Notes under the pieces: model-generated
Databases searched by the model: none
Told to the model about the DNA's origin: nothing
What the model saw: the letters and a program-made list of their open reading frames with translations, nothing else
Source: Raja brachyura
Lineage: Eukaryota
DNA: 64,000 bases
Assembly: GCA_963514005.1 (NCBI GenBank)
Contig: OY740786.1
Location: forward strand, 54,808,001-54,872,000
Reading direction: 5' to 3'
Translations under genes and position numbers: made by a program
Shown here: positions 11,893 through 24,690 of the stretch, piece after piece
Layout: every line of letters begins with the position of its first letter
Numbering within the stretch: position 1 is the stretch's first letter

Positions 11893-12312
11893 CTAGACTA
11901 GGTGGGACCCATTGTGTCCCATGTTCACATGGGAGGGCTGGTCCCCAACGCAATATTCCACCTCTCCACCAATTCAAATATTGGTGGCCAGTTGGGGGGG
12001 GGGGGGGGGGGCACTTTCTGGAGCACTAGTATGGGTGTTGTTGGCTGAAGATACTGGTTTCCAGAGGGCTAGTATGGACATTGTGGCCAAATGGATTCTT
12101 GGGCTGTCAGCTCAGTCACTCAGGCCTGGTGGGCTGGCAGCTCAGTCACTCAGGCCTGGTGGGCTGGTACTCAGTCACTCAGGGCTAGTGGGCTGGTGGG
12201 CTGGCAGCTCAGTCACTCAGGGCTGGTGGGCTGGCAGCTCAGTCACTCAGGGCTGGTGGGCTGGCAGATCAGTCACTCAGGGCTGGTGGGCTGGTAAATT
12301 CAGTCACTCATG
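11893..12312 (-). mobile_element. Non-autonomous Helitron-like element, 3' part with 30-bp minisatellite
   Basis: Minus strand: hairpin TGGGAC-N7-GTCCCA, then CCTAGT-CTAG|T terminus at 11893; 12020-12310 is homologous to 37087-37620. Confidence 0.55.
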
Positions 12313-12326
12313 TATACATCCATGTA

Positions 12327-13785
12327 CAGTGGCTTGCAAAAGTTTTCAAACCCCTTGAACTTGTCCACATTTTGTCGCGTTACAACCACAAACGTAAAGG
12401 TATTTTGTTGGGATTTTATGTGATAGACCAACACAAAGTGGCGCATAATTGTGAAGTGGAAGGAAAATGATACATGGTTTTCAAATTTTTTTTACAAATA
12501 AAAAACTGAAAAGTGTAACGTGCAAAAGCATTCAGCCCCCTTTACTCTGATACCCCTAAATAAAATTCAGGGCAACCAATTGCCTTCGGAAGTCACCTAA
12601 TTAGTAAATAGAGTCCACTTGTGTGTAATCTAATCTCAGTATAAATACAGCTGTTCTGTGAAGGCCTCAGAGGTTTGTTAGAGGACATTAGTGAACAAAC
12701 AGCATCATGAAACCCAAGGAACACACCAGATAGGCCAGGGATAAAGTTGTGGCGAAGTTTAAAGCAGGGTTAGGTTATAAAAACATATCCCAAGCTTTGA
12801 ACATCTCACGGAGCACTGTTCAATCCATCATCCGAAAATTGAACGAGTGTGGCACAACTGCAAACCTACCAAGACATGGCCGTCCACCTAAACTGACAGG
12901 CCGGGCAAGGAGAGCATTGATCAGAGAAGCAGCCAAGAGGCCCATGGTAGCTCTGGAGGAGCTGCAGAGATCCACAGCTCAGGTGGGAGAATCTGTCCAC
13001 AGGACAACTATTAGTCATGCACTCCACAAATCGGGCCGTTATGGAAGAGTGGCACGGAAAAAGCCATTGTTGAAACAAAGCCATAAGACGTCCCATTTGC
13101 AGTTTGCCGCAAGCCATGTGGGGGACACAGCAAACATGTGGAGGAACGTGCTCTGGTCTGATGAGACCAAAATTGAAGTTTTTGACCTAAATGCAAAACG
13201 TTATGTGTGGCAGAAAACTAATAGGGAAGGTGGTCAGAGCTGATGGGAAGATGGATGGAGCCAAATACAGGGCAATCTTGGAAGAAAACCTGTTAGAGTC
13301 TGCAAAAGACTTGAGACTGGGGCGGAGGTTCACCTTCCAGCAGGACAACGACCCTAAACATACAGCCAGAGCTACAATGGAATGGTTTAGATCAAAGCAT
13401 ATTCATGTATTAGAATGGCCCAGTCAAAGTCCAGACCTAAATCCAATTGAGAATCTCTGGCAAGAGTTGAAAATTGCTGTTCACAGATGCTCTCCATCCA
13501 ATCTGACTGAGCTTGAGCTATTTTGCAAAGACGAATGGGAAAATATTTCAGTCTCTAGATGTGCAAAGCTGGTAGAGACATACCCCAAAAGACGTGCAGC
13601 TTTTCAGTTTTTTGTTTGTAATAAAATTTGGAAACCGTGTATCATTTTCCTTCCACTTCACAATTATCCACCACTTTGTGTTGGTCTATCACATAAAATC
13701 CCAATAAAATACATTTACGTTTGTGGTTGTAACGTGACAAAATGTGGAAAAGTTCAAGGGGTATGAAAACTTTTGCAAGCCACTG
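12327..13785 (+). mobile_element. Tc1/mariner DD34E transposon, Passport-like, long IR/DR TIRs
   Basis: TA duplication at both ends; TIR CAGTGGCTTGCAAAAGTTTTCA...; inverted repeats of about 190 bp. Confidence 0.95.
12707..13600 (+). pseudogene. Tc1 transposase with early stop and two internal deletions
   Basis: MKPKEHTR* start; GRPPKL; WSDETK, QQDNDPKH, SPDLNPIEN; HGGGS-WGCF segment and C-terminus missing. Confidence 0.92.
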
Positions 13786-14689
13786 TATATGTATACACAT
13801 TTGAGACCATTAACAGTCAAGTGACCTTACATGAGTAATGCATGTATATCAAGAAGAAGGTCTTTGTTCTCTAATCAAGTCACCACCATCCCTTCCCCAT
13901 GCTTGAGACATCATTATTCCAATCCATCTCATCCCTCTTATCTCCCATTTCTCAAGGCAATAAAACTGCTAACATAACTGTGCTAAATATTGTTATCTAT
14001 ACATTCTCAGTCTACCTGGTGCATCTTGAATAACCAGGACTAAATTGTTCATTTTCCCCTATTTTGATTCAACTTTGTTCAGGTTTTGTCAAATTACACT
14101 CACAGTGTACCAACAGCAGAAAGTATATTCTTAAAACTAGCTTAAGCAATTAATAAGTCTATATGACTGTGACTTCCACAATTCGTACTTTTACACACTT
14201 AAATCATTCGACACAAAGAGGATAACATGGAATAACTAAAGACTGGTGTTTACGATTACTATGTTTCTAAAATCCTACTTTCTCACTAACCATAATTATA
14301 TCCAGCACTAATCCAGAAATTTCTTCAGGGGGACTTCTGTAAAAAATCAAGCTATAATTATTGAATTTAGAAATCATTTTAATGTAGTTTGATATGTTTA
14401 ATTGTTTTGCTTTTACTTTCAAAATTCTCAGTGTTTAACTTTTTGAAGATTGTAATGTTTTGATTTTTTTTTTACATTCTGGACTGACATAATTCTTTCA
14501 GCACATCCATTGTAATTTGACACTTGTCACAGTTGGCTAAAACAGGAAATATATCTCATTACCTTTCACAGGCTTTATCCCCATTCATATGAACATGGCT
14601 TATTCCGCTGGCCCCATAAAATAGTATTATCTCACAGAGGGATCCTGCCAGTGCATACCACATAAGATGGGCAGTATCTGTCCAGGTGA

Positions 14690-14839
14690 CACAGATAGTA
14701 GAGCTGTGATAGTACCTTATAGGAAACAGTTCCCTGGGTTCAATTTTGATCCCCATGTTTCTGTGAAGTTTGTACATTCTCCTCATGATCATATGGGATT
14801 TCTAGAAGTGTTTCGGTTTCCTCCCTTATCCCAAAGACA
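14690..14839 (+). mobile_element. Degenerate HE1/V-type SINE fragment
   Basis: GGGTTCAAT B-box-like motif then AGTTTGTACATTCTCC...GGTTTCCTCCC...CCCAAAGAC. Confidence 0.55.
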
Positions 14840-15056
14840 AGAAATTTTTAAGATAATCTCGAATGTTGTTAATACAAATTTGCTTCCTGACTCAAAATTA
14901 ATAATATTAGGAATATTAGAAACAGATTAATTAATAACAATAAATCAAAGATTTATTGTTATTAATTAATCTGTTTCTAATATTCCTAATATTATTAATT
15001 TTGAGTCAGGAAGCAAATTTGTATTAACAACATTCGAGATTATCTTAAAAATTTCT
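14840..15056. repeat. Perfect inverted repeat, 107-bp arms, 3-nt loop
   Basis: 14840-14946 is the reverse complement of 14950-15056; loop AAA. Confidence 0.95.
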
Positions 15057-18000
15057 GCCCAAAAGGTAGTAATTTTTATACAGTTTGTGAATGAGTGCGA
15101 TTAGCTTCTAAGTGTTGACATTTATCACATATGGCTGGTATATTTGAAAAAATTCTATGTAATTTTGATTTTGAATAATGTAATCTATGTAGTACTTTAA
15201 ATTGTATCAAGATGTGTCTAGCATTTAGCGAACAATGATGTATTTTTTGTAAACTTTCATTCCATATTTCTGGTCTAATTGTTTGACCTAATTCATTTTC
15301 CCATGATTGCCTATATGTACATCATTTTCTAATAAAATATTATAAATATATGATATCAATTTTTCTGTATTTGGATGTTTATTTAGACATTTATCTAAAA
15401 TTTCTGCCTTTCTATTTTTAATTTCCTGTGTGTTTGATTTAACGTAGTCTCTGATTTGTAGATATCTAAAATAATCTTTTGAGTGTAATCCATAAATTTG
15501 TTGTAATTCTTGAAATGAAAGAAAGGAGTTTTCCCTGTAAAGATCACCCATCCTATTAATTCCATAATTTTTCCATTGTGAAAAACCTTTATCCATCATT
15601 GAAGGTTTAAATGTAACATTGTTTACAATGGAGAGAGCTAGTGGTATACATTCCAATTTTAATGTTTTCTTAAGTTGTTTCCAGATACGTATCCCACTCT
15701 CTATGATAGGGTTTTCTTTTTTGGTTTTCTTACCTAGTTTAGCATTGGCGAATAAAATTGTGCTAATGTCAAAAGGTGTACAATCTTCTCTTTCCATTTT
15801 TAACCAATTTGGTTGTTTATCTAATTCATCCAGCCAAAAAATCATATTTTTAATACTAACTGCCCAGTAATAAAACATAAAATTTGGCAATGCTAGACCT
15901 CCATTTATTTTTGATTTAAATAAGTGTTTTTTATTTATTCTATGACTCTTATATTTCCAGATAAAATTGGTGACTATGGAGTCAACTTCTTTAAAAAAGG
16001 TTTTTAGGAAGGTATATTGGTATCAATTGGAAAAGATATAGTATTTGTGGAAAAAAAATCATTTTTATTGCATTAATTCTACCTAACATTGAGATAGGTA
16101 ATGTTTTCCAATATAAAATATTCTTATTTAGTTTATTCAGTAATGGTGGGAAATTAGATTTAAATAAAGATTCATATCTTTTTGTTATATGAATTCCAAG
16201 ATATTTGATTTTTTCTTTTGCTATCTTAAAAGGATATTGTTTTAATATATATAGATTATTTACCATTATTGGCATAAGTTCACTTTTATTCCAATTAATA
16301 CTATATCCTGAAAACGAACCAAATTCAGTTATTAAATTTAATACATTTAAAATACTAATTTCTGGTTTTGTAATATAAAGTAATACATCATCAGAATATA
16401 AGGAGATTTTGTTCTCAGTTTCTCTAGTTTCTTACCCATATATTTCAGGATGTAATCTCACGCTTTGAGCTAATGGTTCAATTGCAAGTGCGAACAATAG
16501 TGGGGATAAGGGACAACCTTGTCTACAGCCTCGGGATAAATTAAATTTAGTTGATAACATTTGATTTGTTAATATTCTAGCCGTTGGGTTAGTATATAAT
16601 AATTTAACCCATGATATAAACTCTCCCAACTTAAAAGTTTCCATGACCGAAAACAGATAAGACCATTCCAATTGGTCAAAGGCCTTCTCCGCATTTAATG
16701 AAATAATTGCTAGCTCTTTATTAATACCTCTTTTCGAATATATAATATTGAATAAGCGTCTCAAGTTATATGAAGAATATCGTTTTGGTATAAATCCTGT
16801 TTGATCCGGATGAATTAATTTGTTGATCACTGAACTTAGTCTTTGTGCTAGTATCTTAGTTAGTATTTTTTGATCAGTGTTTAAAAGAGCTATAGCTCTA
16901 TATGATCCTGGATCATCCAGATCCTTATCTATTTTTGGTATAAGCGTTATAATAGATTCATTTAAGGTTTCTGGTAATTTCTGTTGGGTATAAATATGTT
17001 CATAAAATGTCTTTAAACGTGGTACAGTCAGATCATAAAATGTTTTATAAAATTCTGAACCAATACCATCTGGTCCAGTTTTACCATTTTTTTAATGATT
17101 TGATAGATTCTTCGATTTCTTTTACTGTTATTTCAGCATTTAATGATTCTATATTTTCTAAATCCAACCCCTTTAATTTACATTTTTTTTTAAATGCTTC
17201 TATTCCTATCCAGTTTTCTGCCGTTTTAGCTGAGTATAAGTTTTTATAATATTGCAAAAATCTCTCATTAATATCTCTATGATGTACTAGTAGTTCGCCA
17301 TTGCATGATTTAATCCTATGGATTATTTTTTCTCCCTCCAGTTTCCGTAATTGACGGGCCAATAATTTTTGGGGTTTATCTCCAAATTCAAATTGTAATT
17401 GTTTGGTATATTGATATAGTTTTACCACTTGATCTGAATATAATTTATTTAATTTGTATTTCAATACAGCGATTTTGTTATGTTTTATCATAGTTTGATT
17501 AGCAGCATTCTCTGTATCTAATTGTTTAATCTCCTTATCCAATGCCTGTTGTTCCCTCCGATTCTCTTTATTAAAAAATGCTTGAGAAGAAATCATAATT
17601 CCACGAGTAAATGCTTTAAAAGTTTCCCATAATAGAAATAAAGGTATTTGCGGTTTAGCGTTTATTTCAAAGAAAGTCTTAATCTGTTCTGTAATATATT
17701 TCTGAGTTACTTTGTCCTTTAAAATTTGTGGGTTAAGTCTCCACTGTCTCTGATTTTCCATTTTACCATTTATTTTAATCATAAATGTTAAAGGTGCATG
17801 ATCTGAAATTGTAATATTATGGTATTTTGAATTATAAGTGAGTGAGATAAGTTTAGAGTCTACCAGAAAATAATCTATTCTTGAATATGTTTTATGTACA
17901 GGTGAATAAAATGAATATTCTCGTCCAGTTGGATTTTCTATTCTCCAAACCTCTTTAACATTACTAGTATCTATGTATGCATTCAGTAAGTCACTTGAAT

Positions 18001-18511
18001 GCGATTTGGTTTTCCGATGCTTGGATGATCTATCTAGATAAGAATCTAGGGTACAATTTAAATCTCTTCCAATTATTAAGTTGTATTGTGTTAATTCTGG
18101 GATGGTATTAATTATTTTCTTAAAGAACTATGGGCTGTCAAAGTTTGGTCCATAAACATTGACAAAAATAGTTTTTTGTGCATTTAGTTCCCCGATGACA
18201 ATAATATATCTGCCGTCACTGTCATTTATAGTTGATGTGTGTTTAAATACAGTGCCTTTATGAAATAATATTGCTACACCTCTAGATTTATGTGTAAAAG
18301 AGGAATGGTATACTTTATCTATCCATTTGGCTTTCAATCTATGCTCTGCATCTTTTTTTAAATGTGTCTCTTGGATGAAAGCTACATCTATTTTAAGTGC
18401 TTTTAAATGTGCTAATACTTTACCTCTCTTTACTGGTTCATTAATGCCTTTAATGTTCCAGCTACAAAACGTTATTCCTTCATTCCCCATATTCGTGTTT
18501 AAGTCTTGCAC
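14950..18511 (-). pseudogene. L1 copy 1 ORF2, disrupted
   Basis: Consecutive ORF pieces 18128..18511, 17081..17782, 16432..16830, 15991..16275, 15288..15890. Confidence 0.9.
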
Positions 18512-19332
18512 CTTTTATTTAAGGGGGTCAATAATAGAGCAAATGGTTCAGTTCAACAGACCCGACCTTACACCCGAACTCCAAATAGATGAATTTCAAA
18601 ACCCTTGAGTGTCTCTCACGTATATATCTCCTTTGAATATATTTATAACTCGATTCATATTTAAAATAATAAGGATAGATTATATTATAGTCAAAAAAGG
18701 ATAGATGAAGAGGTTAGTAATATGTGCAAAGATAGAAAAAACTCCATCTAGTGTTAGTGTAGTTAGTGAAAGCCATTCTAATATGGCTCAGCATCTACTG
18801 ACTTCCATAGTTGATGTTGGAAACTTATCAGCTCCTTGGTTTCTTAAGATTATTATACCATAACAGTCTCTTACCGGGGATATTAAATTCTGGAGTATAC
18901 AAATTCCATTAGTCAGGAGTGTGAAGATACATATATTTAAAACATATTAAGTAAATATAATAAAAAAAGGAATTAAAAAAAACCCCTATAGGGGAAAGGA
19001 AGGAGAATTAAAAAAAGGGGAAAAAAGGACGAATGAAATCTCACTATATATTCTGCACAATTATAATTATTATTTATCTAATTCTAGATAATTCAGTTAT
19101 AATTAAATATTAGTCATTAATATTAATTATTAATTCTGATTAATAGTAACACCGCGCATTGTTAGTATTTATTAGTTATTTGTATTAGTAGTGCTACTAT
19201 TCTAAATATTAGTATCCATAGGAGAGTTTCCAATCCACTTCTTTCTCCGGCATCCTTAAACAAGTCCTTAGTTCCATCCAATCTGGCAAAGTCAGTTTAT
19301 TCCTTGGTGTTGTTCAATTTTAAACATATTAT

Positions 19333-20442
19333 TCAATCTTCCTCACTCTCTTTAGTCTTCTGGGCAAAGTCCAGTGCGTCCGAAGGATTGGTGAAAAAAT
19401 ATTCTTTCTGGTTGTGAGTAACTCTTAAGGTAGCTGGATACCTCAGACCATACTTCAAATTCTTTACTTCCTTCAAGATTCTTTTAGTCTCCTTAAATGC
19501 GTTTCTTTTCCTGGAGACCTCTGCTGGGTAGTCTTGATAAATACTGTAGTTGTCACCTTCATATGTAAGATTTCTGCTTCTTACAATTTTTGCCATCATC
19601 TCCTCCAGGACATGATCACATTGAACTTTTATTATCATTTGTCTTGGAGGGGCGTCGGATCGTGTCTGATGTCTCATCACTCTATGAGCTCGAGCAAGTA
19701 AAGGCTTATGATCCAGAGACAAAACGTTTTGCAGTAAATTTGCGGTAAATTCTCTGGCACTTTGGTTCGCCTCTCTCCCTTCTCGAATACCCACAATTCT
19801 CAGGTTCTGTCTTCTCTGGCGTCCTTCCAATTCAGCACATTTATCAGTTATTTTGCCCAGCAGTGTAATTAGACGTTGATTTTCTGTGATGAGTGTTTTC
19901 ATAGTTTGAACACTTGTTTCGGCTATCTCCTCAAGGTTCTTTATGGCTGTCGACTGTTGATTCAGCGTGTCTTCCACAGGCTCCATCTTTTCTTCTATTT
20001 CAGTTGCCAGCTTACTGATTTTAAAATCTATTTTATTTGATGTAGTTTTAACCTGATCAACCAGTATGTCGGCAATTTCCTTCTTCAATTTTTCAGATAA
20101 TTCTGCAACCGTGGAGTTAATTTCAAATTTTAACTCCTTCATCTCCTCTTTGTTTTTTTTTACTTCTTCCTTAAAATTCATTTTCTTTAATTCTTCATTA
20201 GTTTTTACGAGTTCTTTTCCAAGTTCATCCTTCAGCTCTGCAATTTCTTGTGAAATAAAATTTCTGAGTTCCTCACCTTCCGTTTTTTTCTTTGCTTTTT
20301 TCGACACATCTTCTTGGGATAGCGTCCTACCCGCTCCTGAGGCTTCCATCGGGCCTTGTTCTGGTTCTGCCGGTTTAAGTCTTGTAGGTCGAGTTTTCGT
20401 TTTTTCAGCGGGGGGGGGGGGGGGGCTGCGCTGCATAGGCAT
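19333..20442 (-). CDS. L1 ORF1p (coiled coil, RRM, CTD), open
   Basis: LEGRQRRQNLRIVGIRE, RAHR, IYQDYP, YPATLRV; first ATG at 20442. Confidence 0.88.
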   Translation of the reverse strand: MPMQRSPPPPPAEKTKTRPTRLKPAEPEQGPMEASGAGRTLSQEDVSKKAKKKTEGEELRNFISQEIAELKDELGKELVKTNEELKKMNFKEEVKKNKEEMKELKFEINSTVAELSEKLKKEIADILVDQVKTTSNKIDFKISKLATEIEEKMEPVEDTLNQQSTAIKNLEEIAETSVQTMKTLITENQRLITLLGKITDKCAELEGRQRRQNLRIVGIREGREANQSAREFTANLLQNVLSLDHKPLLARAHRVMRHQTRSDAPPRQMIIKVQCDHVLEEMMAKIVRSRNLTYEGDNYSIYQDYPAEVSRKRNAFKETKRILKEVKNLKYGLRYPATLRVTHNQKEYFFTNPSDALDFAQKTKESEED

Positions 20443-20592
20443 TGTAAGTCGCGCGCCTGATGACGTCACTCATGGCAGCCGGTACCGAAGCAGCAGGCAG
20501 CAGGTAGTCGTTTTCTCTCCGGTAAATTCAGCGTTTTTCACGAGGAGCTGGCTGGCGTGTCTCCATAGCCCTCCATAGCGCCACCGGAAGTC

Positions 20593-20865
20593 AAGTTTGT
20601 ATGTTTTCCCTGTGACTGTGTGGTTTTCTCTGGGAGCACCGAATCCTCCCACATTCCAAAAACATGTAGGTTTGTAGGTCACACAAAATGCTGGTGAAAC
20701 TCAGCGGGTGCAGTAGCATCTAGGTTTGTAGGTCATCTAACTTCTTTAAATTGTCCCTGGTGTGTAGGATGAAACTAGTGTATGTATAGATGATCGCTGG
20801 TTGGGATGGACTCGGTGGGCCAAAGGGCCTCTTTTCATGCTGTATCTCTAAAATTAAAATTAAAG
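20593..20865 (+). mobile_element. HE1-type SINE, 3' part, with a 39-bp insert
   Basis: AGTTTGTATGTTTTCCCTGTGAC...GGTGGGCCAAAGGGCCT...GCTGTATCTCTAAA; insert 20682-20720 flanked by TAGGTTTGTAGGTCA repeats. Confidence 0.7.
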
Positions 20866-21828
20866 TGATCCTGAGGTAAATGCAAAGCGGTCTATTGTTT
20901 TGGGTTGCACGGACAGAAACATTAATGCAGTTGCAATGGTTATGTGATTAAGATGTTAGACATGAAATTCAGTTAGGTTCCTCTTTCAAATACAACTTGT
21001 AATATACTGTGCTCAGTGCTTAGTGATACATGTAAAACTTTAACATCTTAAATGTTCTTACAAATTTTTGGATAATTTTGGTCTGTCCTTCAATGGACAG
21101 TATTTTGGTCTGTCCTTCAATGATCTCATGGTTATTCTGATTGTAGTCTAAATCCAGTACATACGATACCCATTGTTCCAATGTCTAATGAAGTATCTAC
21201 CTACATATGAAACATAGAAACATAGAAAATAGGTGCAGGAGGAGGCCATTCGGCACTTTGAGCCAGCACCGCCATTCATTGTGATCATGGCTGATTGTCC
21301 CCAATGAATAACCCGTGCCTGCCTTCTCCCCATATCCCTTGATTCCACTAGCCCCTAGAGCTCTATCTAACTCTCTCTTAAATCCATCCAGTGATTTGGC
21401 CTCCACTGCCCTCTGTGGCAGGGAATTCCACAAATTCACAACTCTCTGGGTGAAAACGTTTCTTCTCACCTCAGTCTTAAATGACCTCCCCTTTACTCTA
21501 AAACTGTGGCCCCTGGTTCTGGACTCGCCCAGCAATGGGAACATTTTTCCTGCATCTAGCTTGTCCAGTCCTTTTATAATTTTATATGTTTCTATAAGAT
21601 TCCCCCTCATCCTTCTAAACTCCAGTGAATAAAAGCCTAGTCTTTTCAATCTTTCCATATAATAATTCCATATATATAACCATATAACAATTACAGCACG
21701 GAAACAGGCCATCTCGGCCCTTCAAGTCCGTGCCGAACAATGTTTTTCCCTTAGTCCCACCTGCCTGCACCAATACCATAACCCTCCATACTCTTCTCAT
21801 CCATATGCCTATCCAACTTATTTTTAAA

Positions 21829-24560
21829 TTATACCAACGAACCTGCCGCCACCACTTCCACTGGAAGCTTATTCCACACCGCTACCACTCTCTGAGTAAA
21901 GAAGTTCCTTCTCATGTTACCCCTAAACTTCTGTCCCTTAATTCTAAAGTCATGTCCTCTTGTTTGAATCTTCCCTATTCTCAAAGGGAAAAGCTTGTCC
22001 ACATCAACTCTGTCTATCCCTCTCATCATTTTAAAGACCTCTATCTTGTCCCTCCTTAACCTTCTGCGCTCCAGAGAATAAAGACCTAACTTATTCAACC
22101 TATCTCTGTAACTTAGCTGTTGAAACCCAGGCAACATTCTAGTAAATCTCCTCTGTACCCTCTCTATTTTGTTCACATCCTTCCTATAATTGGGCGACCA
22201 AAATTGTACACCATACTCCAGGTTTGGTCTCACCAATGCCTTGTACAATTTTACCATTACATCCCAGCTTCTATACTCAATGCTCTGATTTACAGAGGCT
22301 AGAGAACAAAAGCTTTCTTTACCACCCTATCTATATGAGATTCCACCTTCAAGGAACTATGCACGGTTATTCACAGATCCCTCTGTTCAACTGTATTCTT
22401 CAATCCCCTACCATTTAGCGTGTACGTCCTATTTTGATTTGTCCTGCCAAGGTGTAGCACCTCACATTTATCAGCATTAAACTCCATCTGCCATCTTCCA
22501 GCCCATTTTTCCAACTGGCCTAAATCACTCTGTAGACTTTGGAAAACCTCTTCATTATCCACAACACCCCCTATCTTGGTATCATCTGCATACTTACTAA
22601 TCCAATTTACCACCCCTTCATCCAGATCATTGATGTATATGACAAACAACAAAGGACCCAACACAGATCCCTGAGGCACCCCACTAGTCACCTGCCTCCA
22701 ACCTGACAATCAGCCATCCACCATTACCCTCTGGCTTCTCCCATTCAGCCACTGTTGAATCCATCTTGCTATTCCTGCATTTATACCCAAAGATGGAACC
22801 TTCTTAACCAACCTTCCATGAGGAACCTTGTCAAAGGCTTTACTAAAGTCCATATAGACAACATCCACTGCTTTACCCTCGTCAATTTCCCTAGTAACCT
22901 CTTCAAAAACTTCAAGAAGATTAGTCAAACATGACCTTCCAGGCATAAATCCATGTTGACTGTTCCTAATTAGACCCTGTTTATCCAGATGCTTATATAT
23001 ATTATCTCTAAGTATCTTTCCATTAATTTGCCCACCACTGAAGTCAAACTAACCGGTCTATAATTGCTAGGTTTATTCTTTGAACCCTTTTTAAACAATG
23101 GAACAACATGCGCAGTACGCCAATCCTCGGGGACTATTCCCGTTTCTAATGAGATCTGAAATATTTCTGTCATAGCCCCAGCTATTTCTACACTAACTTC
23201 CCTCAATGTCCTAGGGAATATCCTGTCAGGACCTGGAGACTTATCCACTTTTATATTTTTCAAAAGTGTCAGTACTTCTTTTACTTTGAAACTCATAGTA
23301 TCCATAGCTACTCTACTAGTTTCCCTTACTCACATAATTCAATATCCTTCTCCTTGGTGAATACCGAAGAAAAGAAATTGTTCAATATCTCCCCCATCTC
23401 TTTTGGCTCTGCAGATAGCTGTCCACTCGGTCTCTCCAATGGACCAATTTTATCCCTTGTTATCCTTTTGCTATTAATATAGCTGTAGAAACCCTTTGGA
23501 TTTACTTTCACCTTACTTGCCAAAGCAACCTCATATCTTCTTTTAGCTTTTCTAATTTCTTTCTTAAGATTCTTTTTACATTCCTTATACTCCTCAAGCA
23601 CCTCATTTACTTCATGCTGCCTATAATCATTGTAGATCTCCCTCTTTTTCCGAACAAGATGTCCAATTTCCCTTGAAAACCAGGGCTCTTTCCAATTTTT
23701 ACTGGTTTCTTTCAACCGAACAGGAACATAAAGATTCTGTACTCTTAAAATTTCCCCTTTAAATGTCCTTCATTTCTCTTCTACATCTTTCCCATAAAAC
23801 AAAATGTCCCAGTTCACTCCTTTTAAGTCATCTCGCATCTCATTAAAGTTAGCCTTTCTCCAATCAAAAATCTCAACCCTAGGCCCAGTTCTGTCCTTCT
23901 CCATAATTTTATTGAAACTAATGGTATTGTGATCACTGGACCCGAAGTGCTCCCCAACGCATACCTCCGCCACCGTCCCGTCTCATTTCCTATCAGGAGA
24001 TCCAGCACTGCCCCTCCTCTAGTAGGCACCTCTACGTATTGCTGCAAAAAAACTATCCTGCACACATTTACAAACTCCAAACCATCCAGTCCATTTACAG
24101 AATACGTTTCCCAGTCTATGTGTGGAAAGTTGAAATCTCCCACAATCACTACCTTGTGCTTACTACTAATATCTCCTATCTCCTTACATATTTGCTCTTC
24201 CAATTCTCGTTCTCCATTTGGCGGTCTATAATATACCCCTATAAGTGTTGCCACACCTTTCCCACTTCTCAGTTCCACCCAAGTAGCCTCCCTAGATGAG
24301 CCCTCCAATCTATCCTGCCAAAGCACTGCTGTAATATCTTCCCTGACTAACAATGCAACACCTCCACCTCTTGCCCCTCCAATTCTATCACACCTGAAGC
24401 AACGAAATCCTGGAATATTTAGTTTCCAATCACAGCCCTCCTGCAACCATGTTTCACTGATCGCCACAACATCATACTTCCAGGTGTCTATCCCGACTCT
24501 AAGCTCATCCACCTTTCTTACAATGCTCCTAGAATTAAAATATGCACATTTAAGAAACCC
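21829..24560 (-). pseudogene. CR1 ORF2 (APE endonuclease and RT), frameshifted
   Basis: ISETWL, YRPP, GDFN, SDHN; [26 protein letters not shown]. Confidence 0.92.
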
Positions 24561-24690
24561 CCATATCTTATTCTCTGTTTATTTCCTTTTCTTCCTTTCT
24601 CCTCTTGTGTCCAAGTGCTTCCCTTTTCTGCTTCCTGCCTCCCATTCTGTCTACCAGCTTTTGCTATTTGCATCCCTCGCCCCAACCACT

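Larger units (their letters stand above)
14950..20592 (-). mobile_element. L1-clade LINE copy 1 (5' complete, 3' end replaced by fold-back)
   Basis: 5' end GACTTCCGGTGGCG; ORF1; ~820-nt spacer; ORF2 fragments (APE endonuclease SWNIKG, IQETH; RT GCRQGCPLSPLLF). Confidence 0.93.

Noticed and set aside
14562-14670. Possible exon ending AAG|GTAATG (also candidates near 56420-56545, 57067-57240, 59050-59125, 59300-59415)
   Set aside because: Acceptor or frame ambiguous; too weak to call without homology.
20066-20578. Antisense ORFs over L1 ORF1 (also 32622..33080) as ORF0-like genes
   Set aside because: Ser/Phe-rich mirror of a Lys/Glu-rich coiled coil; no independent support.
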